A stretch of DNA of 37,669 nt from Candidatus Shapirobacteria bacterium (GCA_003250375.1 QKGR01000053.1:1-37669), one strand, 5' to 3'; counted from the stretch's first letter, positions 1-8,641 are shown. Notes: a model not told the origin generated them from the sequence alone. A program made the numbers and translations.

Positions 1-312
1 GCAATAAATAAAATTAAGAAGAATAAGGATAATTTGAGAATTGGAATTGAAGGAAAGGATGAGTTTATAGATTGGCTGGTGGATGAGACAAATATTGAAA
101 AAGAGGTAATTAAAAACGAAAATACGGAATTGTTGAAAGGAATTTTGGATAAACTGAAGCCGGAATACAAAGAAGTGTTGGTTCTGAGATTCTTTGAAGA
201 TAAAGATTATTCGGAAATTGGTGACATTTTACAAAAACCTATAGGAACAGTAGGAACACTAATTTCGAGAGCAAAAGAACAATTTAGGAGGATATATGAA
301 AAAACAAAATAA
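1..312 (+). CDS. ECF RNA polymerase sigma factor, C-terminal part (5' truncated by window edge)
   Basis: Frame is open from base 1. Sigma region 4 HTH: LKPEYKEVLVLRFFEDKDYSEIGDILQKPIGTVGTLISRAK. Confidence 0.9.
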   Translation, partial: AINKIKKNKDNLRIGIEGKDEFIDWLVDETNIEKEVIKNENTELLKGILDKLKPEYKEVLVLRFFEDKDYSEIGDILQKPIGTVGTLISRAKEQFRRIYEKTK

Positions 313-961
313 AGTCAGCGAAGAGACGCTGAAAATTATTCAAAATAAAAAAATTAGACCGATTCCAAAGTGGGAATTTGTGGCCAAAAATTGGTTGTTG
401 TGGCTGATGATGGGAGGAAGCCTTGGGGTAGCTATGGTGGGATCGAGCTTGTCGTGGTTTGGATTGGTGGGCGAAGAAATTGAGCCCTATTTGGGGATTG
501 GGCTGATGGTGATTTTTGCCATCGGGGCCTATGGATTGTTTGAAAGGACAAAGAAGGCGTATAAATTCGTGAAATGGCAGGCTTTGGTGGTGATAATATT
601 GATTGGAGTAATTAGCGGAGGAGTGCTGTACTTGTCGGGGATGGCGCAAAAAATGGATGGAGAACTGGAAAGAAGTGTGCCCTACTATAGGAATTTGGCG
701 CCTCTAAAGATGGAAACATGGAGCCAGGCTGAGGAAGGGAGACTATCGGGAAAAATTACTAAATTATTGGGAAATGGGCAAATCGAAATTAATGATTTTG
801 AGGAAAAGACTTGGGTAATCGACTATAACCAAGCAATAGTGAGAGGGAGAGTGGAGATGGTAGTGGGAGGAGAAATTAAGATTATTGGAAAGATGGGTGA
901 GAATGGAGAGTTTGTAGCGAGCGAAATTCGACCTTGGGTGGGAAGAATGGAAACTAAGTGA
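296..961 (+). CDS. Membrane protein, probable anti-sigma factor (about 3 TM plus C-terminal OB-fold/DUF5666-like domain)
   Basis: Overlaps the sigma gene stop. Hydrophobic segments are followed by a beta-rich GRLSGKITK...GEIKIIG...ASEIRP domain. Confidence 0.6.
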   Translation: MKKQNKVSEETLKIIQNKKIRPIPKWEFVAKNWLLWLMMGGSLGVAMVGSSLSWFGLVGEEIEPYLGIGLMVIFAIGAYGLFERTKKAYKFVKWQALVVIILIGVISGGVLYLSGMAQKMDGELERSVPYYRNLAPLKMETWSQAEEGRLSGKITKLLGNGQIEINDFEEKTWVIDYNQAIVRGRVEMVVGGEIKIIGKMGENGEFVASEIRPWVGRMETK

Positions 962-988
962 AAGAAAAAGGGTTGAGGATTTGTATTA
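959..988 (+). promoter_or_regulatory. Putative ECF-sigma promoter TGAAAGAAAAA-N13-GTATTA
   Basis: The same motif and spacing recur on the minus strand at 19580-19551. It resembles SigW-type TGAAAC...CGTA promoters. Confidence 0.6.
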
Positions 989-1031
989 ATAATAGACAAG
1001 GCCTGTCTGTTTATTAATTAAATTAAAAAGA

Positions 1032-1406
1032 ATGAATAAAACTCAAATCACATTGGGATTGGCTGCATTAGCCTTGGGCTTAGTGGCAGTTAATTCTCTA
1101 AAACCTAGTTTGGCTTATCAGGGCGATATTAATGTTAAGGGCCCAAATTATACTGAAGAAAGACATGAGACCAACGTCGAAGCCTTCAAGAACAACGACT
1201 ACAAAAAATGGTCGGAAAACATGGCCGGACGAGGGGTAACCCGATTTGTAAACGAAACTAATTTTGCTGAATTTGCCAAGGCTCAAGTAGCCGCACTCAA
1301 TGGCGACAGTAGCTTGATTAATAGCTTTAGAGAAGAAAATGGAATGGGCATGGGAAGCAGAAATGGAAATGGAAACGGCCAAGGAATGGGTCGATACAAT
1401 AGATAA
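1032..1406 (+). CDS. Secreted/anchored hypothetical protein with Gly/Met/Asn-rich tail
   Basis: 124 aa ORF with an N-terminal signal-like segment and a GMGMGSRNGNGNGQGMGR tail. Confidence 0.8.
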   Translation: MNKTQITLGLAALALGLVAVNSLKPSLAYQGDINVKGPNYTEERHETNVEAFKNNDYKKWSENMAGRGVTRFVNETNFAEFAKAQVAALNGDSSLINSFREENGMGMGSRNGNGNGQGMGRYNR

Positions 1407-1420
1407 GGATGAGTTTAAAT

Positions 1421-1449
1421 AAATACCCCCTTATGATGAGGGGGTATTT
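1421..1449. terminator. Probable bidirectional intrinsic terminator
   Basis: Perfect 11-bp stem AAATACCCCCT-tatgatg-AGGGGGTATTT with A/T tracts on both sides, at the junction of convergent genes. Confidence 0.75.
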
Positions 1450-1766
1450 TTGTGCTTAAGAAAAATTTGTCGATAATAGGGCAAATGCCAGATGAGATGG
1501 AAAATGGAAACAAGGGCCATGACAATGCCAAACTCAACATGAAACCAAAGAAAAGGAAGGTACCAAGAAAGAGAAAGCTTGGCGTCGATAGAGAAAGCTA
1601 GAATAAGACCGAGAAGGCCGGTGACAAGAAAAGAGACTAGAAGAATGGTGTTCCAAAGACGACGATGAGTAAGCTGGGTAATTTTGCCTTGCTTGGACAA
1701 AGTTAGACTAAGAAAATATAGAGTGAAAACGAGAAAGGTGATGAGGAAGAAATTGTATTGCGACAT
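1431..1766 (-). CDS. DUF4405-like (cytochrome b-like) 3-TM protein
   Basis: His pattern WFHVEFGIVMALVSIFHLIWH in the last TM helix is typical of DUF4405. Confidence 0.7.
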   Translation of the reverse strand: MSQYNFFLITFLVFTLYFLSLTLSKQGKITQLTHRRLWNTILLVSFLVTGLLGLILAFSIDAKLSLSWYLPFLWFHVEFGIVMALVSIFHLIWHLPYYRQIFLKHKNTPSS

Positions 1767-1769
1767 GAG

Positions 1770-2129
1770 TTAGTTTAGAGAAATAGCAGCAGCAGGGCAA
1801 CTATTGATAGCCATAAGAAGGGTGTTGGAATCTAAGTTTGTGTTGGAGGTGACGACGGCTTGGCGAGTGGCTTGATTGAGAGAAAAATGAGAAGGATCGA
1901 TACGGACACATTTACCACAACCACGGCAGCGATTGGAGAGAATGGAGAGCTGAGTGGCAGCAGCTTGGGTGACGATTTTTTGCTGGAGCTGTTGGGAAGA
2001 AGAATCGGAATCTGAAGCTGAACTGGTGGTAGAAGTGGTGGAATTTGACTGCTGACCATAAACATAGATAGCAGCCAGGGCTGAGGAAAGAACGATACCA
2101 GAAATAATGATAGTGGGAGTATTTTTCAT
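1770..2129 (-). CDS. Membrane-anchored single-cluster ferredoxin
   Basis: CRGCGKC...CP motif, N-terminal TM helix and Ser/Gln linker. Start placed at ATG 2129, 6 nt after a TATCAT -10. Confidence 0.8.
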   Translation of the reverse strand: MKNTPTIIISGIVLSSALAAIYVYGQQSNSTTSTTSSASDSDSSSQQLQQKIVTQAAATQLSILSNRCRGCGKCVRIDPSHFSLNQATRQAVVTSNTNLDSNTLLMAINSCPAAAISLN

Positions 2130-2150
2130 AAAAGGATGATAAAAAATATT

Positions 2151-2178
2151 GCTGAATTTCGGCTGAAAGTTTGCAGAA
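2151..2178. promoter_or_regulatory. Three direct repeats GCWGAA at 11-bp period in a divergent promoter region
   Basis: GCTGAA at 2151, GCTGAA at 2162, GCAGAA at 2173. Confidence 0.4.
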
Positions 2179-2205
2179 ATTAGAGCCTGTAGGTATAATT
2201 TTATG

Positions 2206-2625
2206 ATGAAGAAAAAATTATGCAAGTCGAAAAATGACTATGTCTTTTTTGGGGTGGCAGGAGGATTGGGAGAGTATTTTGGGATCGATGCAATGCTGGT
2301 GAGATTGGGATTTGTGATTTTGACAGTGTTGGGTGGCGCGGGACCGGTGATTTATATTCTGATGGCAATTATGATGCCTGAGGCAAGAGCAAAGAAGGAG
2401 AAAGTTGAAGTCGAGGAAATGGAAATTGAAGAGGAAGGTGAAAAGCTTGAAGAAAAGACAGGTGGGGAAGAAAAAACAAGCTCGGATGCTTTGGCATATA
2501 TTTTGATCGGAGTGGGAATTTATGGATTACTGAGACAAATTTTGCCAATGGATTGGTTTAGTTTGAGTAATATTTGGCCAGTGGCTTTGATAATTGGAGG
2601 TGTTTATTTAATTGTTCGAAAATAA
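2206..2625 (+). CDS. pspC: PspC domain protein with C-terminal LiaF/DUF5668-like TM hairpin
   Basis: KKLCKSKNDYVFFGVAGGLGEYFGIDAMLVRL...YILMAIMMP is the PspC signature. C-terminus reads NIWPVALIIGG. Confidence 0.85.
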   Translation: MKKKLCKSKNDYVFFGVAGGLGEYFGIDAMLVRLGFVILTVLGGAGPVIYILMAIMMPEARAKKEKVEVEEMEIEEEGEKLEEKTGGEEKTSSDALAYILIGVGIYGLLRQILPMDWFSLSNIWPVALIIGGVYLIVRK

Positions 2626-2626
2626 G

Positions 2627-2881
2627 ATGAAAAGAGGAGAGATACTTCGAACAGGAATGGGGGTGGTATTGGTGGTGTTTGGTTTGAATTGGTTGGCGGT
2701 GAACTTTGGCTGGGATAATTTTTTGGCAAGAATTGATTGGGAAATTGTGTGGCCGGCGATTCCCCTATTTGCGGGCTTGAGTATTTTTTCCTGGAAGGGA
2801 GCTGGAAAAATGCTATTTGGATTGGCGGTGACCATTCTTGGAGTGGTGGTGATGGTGATGAGACTTTTTGGGATGATGTAG
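2627..2881 (+). CDS. LiaF/LiaI-like (DUF5668-type) small membrane protein
   Basis: GVVLVVFGLNWLAVNFG...IVWPAIPLFAGL motif. ATG lies 1 nt after the pspC stop. Confidence 0.7.
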   Translation: MKRGEILRTGMGVVLVVFGLNWLAVNFGWDNFLARIDWEIVWPAIPLFAGLSIFSWKGAGKMLFGLAVTILGVVVMVMRLFGMM

Positions 2882-3553
2882 TGTTTCTTCTTGAGGTAAA
2901 GTAAAATGGTCGCTTGTGGGTAAATTACAATTGAGTATGGCGTTATTGTGTTCCAAAACAGGATAGAGATAATAGCCTTTTTTGCCAAATATTAGACTTG
3001 ATATCATTGGTTTTCTATACTTGCGATTGATACCATCATTAGCATCTCCAGCAAAAACAGCAACACCAATCCGATTAAATGAATCATAAGAAGGAACGAT
3101 GGTAGGTTGACCGCGAATTGTTGTTACCTGTCCGGCGATATTTGAAGCGGCAAACTCAATAATTTGACCTTGATGTACCGGATTAGTTTGACTAGCGTCT
3201 GGTAGTGGCCAGGTGAGAATGGACCGTAATAATAGTGAGGGTTTTATTCTATTGTTATTGAGAAGAACTAACTGAGGTTTTGAGACAGCTACTGATGGAA
3301 TTCTAAAATCATAAATAGACAAATGTGTACTTAACCATTGCTGCAACTGCTCCTGTATTTTTGGAGTAAAGTCTTGGTTGAGTCTTAATAAGAATTGAGC
3401 TAAAAGTTCTTGCTGTATAGATAGACGACTGCCTCTTTTTTGTGGTGTAAGGAGATCCCAAGGAGGTGCTTCTGGAGTAGACGCTAAATCACAGCGTCTC
3501 GACTGGGGATATTTTTGTCTAAATTTCTCGAATATCGTTTCTACATGGTCCAC
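2813..3553 (-). CDS. Hypothetical protein
   Basis: 246 aa ORF filling the gap, no recognisable motif. The 3' end overlaps the convergent gene by 69 bp. Confidence 0.6.
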   Translation of the reverse strand: MDHVETIFEKFRQKYPQSRRCDLASTPEAPPWDLLTPQKRGSRLSIQQELLAQFLLRLNQDFTPKIQEQLQQWLSTHLSIYDFRIPSVAVSKPQLVLLNNNRIKPSLLLRSILTWPLPDASQTNPVHQGQIIEFAASNIAGQVTTIRGQPTIVPSYDSFNRIGVAVFAGDANDGINRKYRKPMISSLIFGKKGYYLYPVLEHNNAILNCNLPTSDHFTLPQEETLHHPKKSHHHHHHSKNGHRQSK

Positions 3554-3576
3554 CTTGAGTCTTATAATATCACAAA

Positions 3577-3603
3577 TTAGCAGATATTGACAGATACTGC
3601 TAA
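3577..3603. promoter_or_regulatory. CIRCE-like HrcA operator
   Basis: TTAGCAGAT-N9-TACTGCTAA has the same 9-9-9 geometry as TTAGCACTC-N9-GAGTGCTAA and lies directly upstream of clpB. Confidence 0.8.
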
Positions 3604-3615
3604 AATGACTAGAAT
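3587..3615 (+). promoter_or_regulatory. Sigma70 promoter of clpB (probably leaderless)
   Basis: TTGACA-17 nt-TAGAAT, with the ATG 6 nt downstream. Confidence 0.85.
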
Positions 3616-3621
3616 AGGGCT

Positions 3622-6213
3622 ATGGAGTATCCAAAATTTACACAGCTTGCAGCTGAGACTTTGGAAAGATCGGTAGATATTTCCAAACAAAAACAAAATC
3701 CAATTGTGGACGAAGGCCATTTGTTGATGGCACTGGCTGAAATTTCGGGGAGCAGCAGAGAGCTTTTGGAGTCGATGGGAAATTTTGGGACAATTTGGAG
3801 CGAAGTGGATAAATTGGTGGAGAGCTTGGCGAAAAGCGAAAGTGGGGCTAATGGGCAACCAATGTTTTCTTCCGGGTTCAACCGAGTGATTCAAACAGCA
3901 GTTGATGAGAGTAAAAAATTGGGCGATGAATATGTGTCCCAAGAAATGCTACTTTTGGGAATACTTAAGTCGGGAAGTAATGAGGTAAAAAGGATATTGA
4001 CGGAGAGCGGGGTGAGCGAGGAAAATTTAATTGAGGCAATTAAAAATTTACGAGGAGGAAATCCTGTGAATTCAGAAAGTTCAGAAACAACATACAAAGC
4101 TTTAGAAAAATATACAGTCGACTTGACGGCGTTGGCAGAGAAAGGAAAAATTGATCCGGTAATTGGGAGAGAAGAAGAAATTAGAAGAGTGATGCAAGTA
4201 TTATCGAGAAGGACTAAAAATAACCCAGTACTGGTAGGAGACCCGGGAGTAGGAAAAACTGCTATTGCCGAAGGATTGGCAATGAGAATTATTAATGGAG
4301 ACGTACCTGAGTCGCTTAAAAATAAGAAATTATTAACTTTGGAAATGTCAACATTGTTGGCGGGAGCAAAATTTAGGGGTGAATTTGAGGAAAGATTGAA
4401 AAAAGTGATTGATGAGGTAGTAAAAAGCGAAGGAAAAATTATTTTGTTTATTGATGAATTGCATACGATTGTGGGGGCTGGCGGATCGGAAGGGGCGGTG
4501 GATGCGTCGAACATGTTGAAGCCTGGTTTGGCTCGAGGAGCGTTGAGAGTGATTGGGGCGACAACATTGGGAGAATACAGAAAATATATTGAAAAGGACC
4601 CGGCTTTGGAAAGAAGATTTCAGCCAGTGATGGTGGAGCAGCCAGATGTGGATAGTACTATTTCGATTCTAAGGGGAATTAAGGAAAAATATGAAATTCA
4701 CCATGGAATTAAAATTACAGATGGAGCATTGGTGGCAGCAGCAAAATTGTCGGATAGATATATTCGGGATAGATTTTTGCCAGACAAAGCAATTGATTTG
4801 GTGGACGAGGCGGCTTCGAGCCTAAGAATTCAAATGGAGTCCTCCCCTACCCAAATTGATTCTTTGGAAAGAAAATTGCGACAATTGGAAATTGAAGAAA
4901 AGGCATTGAAAAAAGAAAACAAGGAATCGACAGAAAAAAGATTGGAAGAAGTGAAAAAAGAAATAGCTGAATTGAGAGAAAAGTATGCTGAAATTAAAAC
5001 AAAATGGGAAAAGCAAAAAGAAATGCTTGAGAAGGTGCAAAAATCGAGAGCAGAGGTAGATAAGTTGAAATCGGAATTGGAAGCGGCAGAAAGAGGGGTG
5101 GAGCTAGATAGGGCAGCGGAAATTAAGTACGGAAAATTGCCGGATAAACAAGCAGAATTGAGCGAAGCAGAAAAGGCTTGGAATGAGATTCCTGAAGATG
5201 AACAAATTGTGCGACAGGAAGTGACGGAGGCGGATATTGCCAATGTGGTGTCCAAATGGACAGGAATTCCGGCAACTAAACTTCTAAAAACAGAAACGGC
5301 AAAATTGAAGAATTTGGAAGAATTAATTAGCAAGAGAGTAGTGGGGCAAGACGAGGCGGTGGCAGCAGTGGCCAATGCAGTGCGAAGATCGAGGATGCAT
5401 TTGGGTGAGGAAAACAAACCGACAGCGACGTTCCTATTCTTGGGACCGACGGGAGTGGGCAAAACAGAAACTGCCAAAGCTTTGGCGGAACAATTGTTCA
5501 ATGATGAAAGAGCCATTATTAGAATCGACATGTCGGAATATTCGGAATCGCATTCGGTAGCCAGACTAATTGGATCGCCTCCGGGATATGTGGGCTATGA
5601 TGAGGGCGGACAGCTGACGGAAGCAGTGAGAAGAAAACCTTATTCGGTGGTGCTTTTGGATGAAATTGAAAAAGCACATCCGCAACTGTTTAATGTATTT
5701 TTGCAGGTATTTGACGAAGGTAGACTGACCGATGGGAAAGGGAGAACGGTGGATTTTACCAATACAGTGATTATTATGACTTCGAATATTGCCTCGGATA
5801 TTATCCAAGCTTATGATGAAAAATCAAAGGATAAGGAGAAAATGGAGGCTGATGTATTTGAGGTGGTAAGAAGTAGTTTTAGACCGGAATTTTTGAATAG
5901 AATTGATCAGATAATTTTATTCAATAAACTAGGCAAAAAACAGATTGAGGAAATTGTGAAGATTCAGGTAGAAAGAGTGATAGAAAGATTGAAAGAACAG
6001 GATGTAATTTTGAATCTGACGGATAAGGCCAAGAAATATTTGGTGGAAAAGGGATACGACCCAATATTTGGAGCCAGACCGTTGAAGAGAATTATTCAAT
6101 CGGAATTGCTGGATAAAATCGCAATGACATTGCTGGATCGAGAAGAAGATAGTGGGGCTGCCCTACTGGCGGATGAAAAAGGCGGAAAGCTAGTAGTGGA
6201 GATGATGAGCTAA
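3622..6213 (+). CDS. clpB: ATP-dependent chaperone ClpB
   Basis: 863 aa with Clp-N domain, two AAA+ modules (GDPGVGKT, GPTGVGKT), GAKFRGEFEERL, PPGYVGY and a long coiled-coil M domain. Confidence 0.97.
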   Translation: MEYPKFTQLAAETLERSVDISKQKQNPIVDEGHLLMALAEISGSSRELLESMGNFGTIWSEVDKLVESLAKSESGANGQPMFSSGFNRVIQTAVDESKKLGDEYVSQEMLLLGILKSGSNEVKRILTESGVSEENLIEAIKNLRGGNPVNSESSETTYKALEKYTVDLTALAEKGKIDPVIGREEEIRRVMQVLSRRTKNNPVLVGDPGVGKTAIAEGLAMRIINGDVPESLKNKKLLTLEMSTLLAGAKFRGEFEERLKKVIDEVVKSEGKIILFIDELHTIVGAGGSEGAVDASNMLKPGLARGALRVIGATTLGEYRKYIEKDPALERRFQPVMVEQPDVDSTISILRGIKEKYEIHHGIKITDGALVAAAKLSDRYIRDRFLPDKAIDLVDEAASSLRIQMESSPTQIDSLERKLRQLEIEEKALKKENKESTEKRLEEVKKEIAELREKYAEIKTKWEKQKEMLEKVQKSRAEVDKLKSELEAAERGVELDRAAEIKYGKLPDKQAELSEAEKAWNEIPEDEQIVRQEVTEADIANVVSKWTGIPATKLLKTETAKLKNLEELISKRVVGQDEAVAAVANAVRRSRMHLGEENKPTATFLFLGPTGVGKTETAKALAEQLFNDERAIIRIDMSEYSESHSVARLIGSPPGYVGYDEGGQLTEAVRRKPYSVVLLDEIEKAHPQLFNVFLQVFDEGRLTDGKGRTVDFTNTVIIMTSNIASDIIQAYDEKSKDKEKMEADVFEVVRSSFRPEFLNRIDQIILFNKLGKKQIEEIVKIQVERVIERLKEQDVILNLTDKAKKYLVEKGYDPIFGARPLKRIIQSELLDKIAMTLLDREEDSGAALLADEKGGKLVVEMMS

Positions 6214-6218
6214 AGTAG

Positions 6219-6246
6219 ATTTCAGTTTTCAGATGTCAGTTGTCAG
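6219..6246 (+). repeat. Degenerate 7-mer tandem repeat (WTKTCAG)x4
   Basis: ATTTCAG TTTTCAG ATGTCAG TTGTCAG just after the clpB stop. Confidence 0.6.
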
Positions 6247-6289
6247 AAAAACAAGGTAAAATACAGGAATTAGTTTCTTATTGCTAAAT

Positions 6290-6361
6290 GTGTCCGTAGT
6301 TTAATGGATAGAATCGCGGCCTCCGAAGCTGCTGATATGGGTTCGATTCCCATCGGACACA
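6290..6361 (+). tRNA. tRNA-Arg(CCG), CCA not encoded
   Basis: Acceptor GTGTCCG/CGGACAC, anticodon arm GCGGC-CTCCGAA-GCTGC, T arm ATGGG-TTCGATT-CCCAT. Confidence 0.95.
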
Positions 6362-6367
6362 CAAGAG

Positions 6368-6979
6368 CTATTGTTGACCTGGGAGAGATTTTCGAAGCTC
6401 ATCTAGGTCCATGGAATTGGGATCGAAATTCATCATGTTCTGCTGAAGATTTTGCATGGTTTGAGTGAGATCGGTGAACTGAATGTCGGAAGGTGTGGCA
6501 AAATCGGCATCGGTGAGAGTGGTAGCTTGGCAGTGATATTCGAGCTGTTTGTTGAGATCGACCTGGGAATTGACGTTTTCGGAGGCTTCAGGCTGAGAGT
6601 CGGTGTCGGCAAAAGATTCCAAATTCATTTTGATTCCCTGATGCATTTTGTTGTTCCAGGTGTACATTGTTTGTTGATCGCCGACAGCGTTGATGAGCAT
6701 TTCACCCTGATCGTCGGAGACGGTGGTGCTTTGCTTGAATTTGTTGCCCATGATCCAAACTTCGCCTTTGACTTGGCCATTTTCGTCGGAAGATTGCCAG
6801 GTGCAATGCTGAGAAGCACCGGAAGTTAGAAGATCTTTGAGAGTAGTTTGAAGTGTTGGAGAATCGGATTGGGTGGGTTGAGTTGAATTGTTGGCGGTAG
6901 GAGTAGTCTGAGAATTAGTACAAGCAGATAAGAAAAATGAGGAAAGAATAATCATGAGAGGAAGAGAAGTTTTGGTCAT
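6368..6979 (-). CDS. Putative lipoprotein/secreted protein
   Basis: Lipobox-like FLSAC after a hydrophobic stretch and a Thr/Gln linker. Start placed at ATG 6979, 5 nt after TAAAAT. Confidence 0.75.
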   Translation of the reverse strand: MTKTSLPLMIILSSFFLSACTNSQTTPTANNSTQPTQSDSPTLQTTLKDLLTSGASQHCTWQSSDENGQVKGEVWIMGNKFKQSTTVSDDQGEMLINAVGDQQTMYTWNNKMHQGIKMNLESFADTDSQPEASENVNSQVDLNKQLEYHCQATTLTDADFATPSDIQFTDLTQTMQNLQQNMMNFDPNSMDLDELRKSLPGQQ

Positions 6980-7029
6980 AATTAATTTTAACATTTTGAG
7001 CGATTTGGGAATGATAATAGGAAAATGCC

Positions 7030-7051
7030 TCAGGATTTGGTAAAATCCTGA
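7030..7051. promoter_or_regulatory. Inverted repeat in a divergent promoter region, possible operator
   Basis: Perfect 9-bp arms TCAGGATTT-ggta-AAATCCTGA. Confidence 0.45.
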
Positions 7052-7069
7052 ATCTTATATAATAGAAGT

Positions 7070-7588
7070 ATGAAGAAAGCAGCAACCAGGATAAACGACA
7101 ATCTGTTCTACGACGAACGCTCAGCTGGTGGAATTGTGTTCAAAATTGAAGATGGAAAAGTACTGTGGCTTGTGGTGAAAACTATGAGTGCCAAAAGTTT
7201 TCGAAGAGATGGGGTTGAAGTTAAGAAGAAAATTCTTTGCAAATTTCCCAAAGGACATTTGAAGGATAATGAATTTTTGAAACAAGCAGCGCTAAGAGAA
7301 GTGGAAGAGGAAGGAAAGATTAAGGCGGAAATTGTGAGCAAAATTGGATCGAATAATTATATTATTTGGGACAAAATTAGCAAAAGGAAGATTATTAAGA
7401 AAGTAACTTTCTTTTTGATGAAGTACGCGGGAGAAAGTAGTCTGAAGTATTATGATATGGAGAATATTATCGATAGGGAGTGGTTGGACTACGACGAGGC
7501 GGGAGACAAGCTGGCCTATGATTCGGAAAAGGTACTACTTGGCAAGGCGAGAATTAAGCTTGAGGAGTATTTGAAGAAGGGTGAATAG
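7070..7588 (+). CDS. Nudix hydrolase (Ap4A hydrolase-like)
   Basis: SAGGIVFK and a slightly variant Nudix box FPKGHLKDNEFLKQAALREVEEEG. Confidence 0.85.
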   Translation: MKKAATRINDNLFYDERSAGGIVFKIEDGKVLWLVVKTMSAKSFRRDGVEVKKKILCKFPKGHLKDNEFLKQAALREVEEEGKIKAEIVSKIGSNNYIIWDKISKRKIIKKVTFFLMKYAGESSLKYYDMENIIDREWLDYDEAGDKLAYDSEKVLLGKARIKLEEYLKKGE

Positions 7589-7679
7589 ACCCTATTCTGG
7601 GCTAGTATTGTTTAGTTTGGTGAATTTTGGATTGATTTAAAGTATAATCGACAGGTACTGAGAGAAGCTTGTAGTACGT

Positions 7680-7752
7680 CTACGCTAAAGCTACGGCATG
7701 GCAGGTAGTGGTTTCCGCCTGAGGCGGATCTACGCTACGCTTCGACATTGCA
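7680..7752. repeat. REP-like mosaic: two imperfect direct repeats flanking a palindrome
   Basis: CTACGCTAAAGCTACGGCATGGCA (7680) and CTACGCTACGCTTCGACATTGCA (7730) flank TCCGCCT-G-AGGCGGA (7714-7728). Confidence 0.6.
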
Positions 7753-7788
7753 CCCTACAAAGTCGGGTGGATAAGAATTGGCTTTACT

Positions 7789-7873
7789 GGAGGAGTCGCA
7801 TAGTGGTTCATTGCACAGACCTGGAAAGTCTGCGCCTCACAAGGGCTCGCGAGTTCGAATCTCGCCTCCTCCG
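7789..7873 (+). tRNA. tRNA-Ser(GGA), CCA not encoded
   Basis: Acceptor GGAGGAG/CTCCTCC, anticodon arm CAGAC-CTGGAAA-GTCTG, long variable arm, T arm GCGAG-TTCGAAT-CTCGC. Confidence 0.95.
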
Positions 7874-7878
7874 CAAAT

Positions 7879-8241
7879 ATGAATACAACCATTAAGGTTA
7901 ACGGTAACGATACTCTTTCGGGATCATTTATTTCGTCTATCGACAGTAGAAATGAAATACTCTTCGATAATGGTGAATTAGTTAGAGTTATATTTACTTT
8001 TAATAGAAACACGAAGGATATGCAAATAAAACCATCTTTTAGTGGTGGAGGAAAAGATACTGAACTAATAGTTCTTTTGGAATTACCATGGCTTACTGAT
8101 AGTAGTCAGGGAATTGTAAGCCCAATGGAACTAGCAAAGTTGGATGATGGAAGATTGGTTTCTTTTCAGTTATGGGTCAGAAAAATTGCAGAACCATACA
8201 TAGAGATTGTTTATTCGTTTTATATAAGAAATGCCAACTAA
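7879..8241 (+). CDS. Hypothetical protein
   Basis: 120 aa AT-rich ORF starting 5 nt after tRNA-Ser. Confidence 0.65.
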   Translation: MNTTIKVNGNDTLSGSFISSIDSRNEILFDNGELVRVIFTFNRNTKDMQIKPSFSGGGKDTELIVLLELPWLTDSSQGIVSPMELAKLDDGRLVSFQLWVRKIAEPYIEIVYSFYIRNAN

Positions 8242-8572
8242 GAAAGATCCAGAAAGCGAATTTTATGGTTCCTTACTTGATGATAAGGTAAATAAAATTA
8301 AAGAAGATAGTGATGAAAAAATAAGTCAAGTAAACTTAATCATGATTGGCGTTGTTTTGTTTATAGTTATTACTTTTATAATTGAGATTTATCATACAAA
8401 CGCAGATAGGATTAAAGATAAAGATATGTACTTACAATATACCCAAATGTATAAAGATTATTTTGATGAGTCTTCAGAATTGAAAGAGGTTGTAAATAAT
8501 GAACTGCTAATTATTAAGGACCTTGAAAACAAACTTGAAACATTGAAAGCAAGAAATCCATATTTGAAATAG
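8231..8572 (+). CDS. Hypothetical single-TM coiled-coil protein
   Basis: 113 aa with TM segment LIMIGVVLFIVITFIIEI. Overlaps the upstream ORF. Confidence 0.65.
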   Translation: MPTKKDPESEFYGSLLDDKVNKIKEDSDEKISQVNLIMIGVVLFIVITFIIEIYHTNADRIKDKDMYLQYTQMYKDYFDESSELKEVVNNELLIIKDLENKLETLKARNPYLK

Positions 8573-8641
8573 TATAGGTTCCTGTGAGTGATTTTATTTG
8601 ATCCTGGGATCAAGTCTGTATATCTCATGTTTATAAATTTG

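Noticed and set aside
1421-1449. TACCCCC...GGGGGTA as a second CsoR operator
   Set aside because: It lies at converging 3' ends with flanking A/T tracts, so a terminator explains it better.
2813-2881. Natural His6 tract (SHHHHHHS) at the C-terminus of the 246-aa orphan
   Set aside because: It is the antisense reading of GTG/ATG (Val/Met) codons of the overlapping plus-strand membrane gene, so it is probably a run-on by-product rather than a metal-binding tag.
3577-5808. Long antisense ORFs within clpB, and similar shadow ORFs throughout the window
   Set aside because: They have no motifs and are Ser/Phe-rich mirrors of purine-biased sense codons.
7698-8012. ORFs 7698-7895(+) and 7755-8012(-)
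   Set aside because: They overlap a well-formed tRNA-Ser and are spurious.
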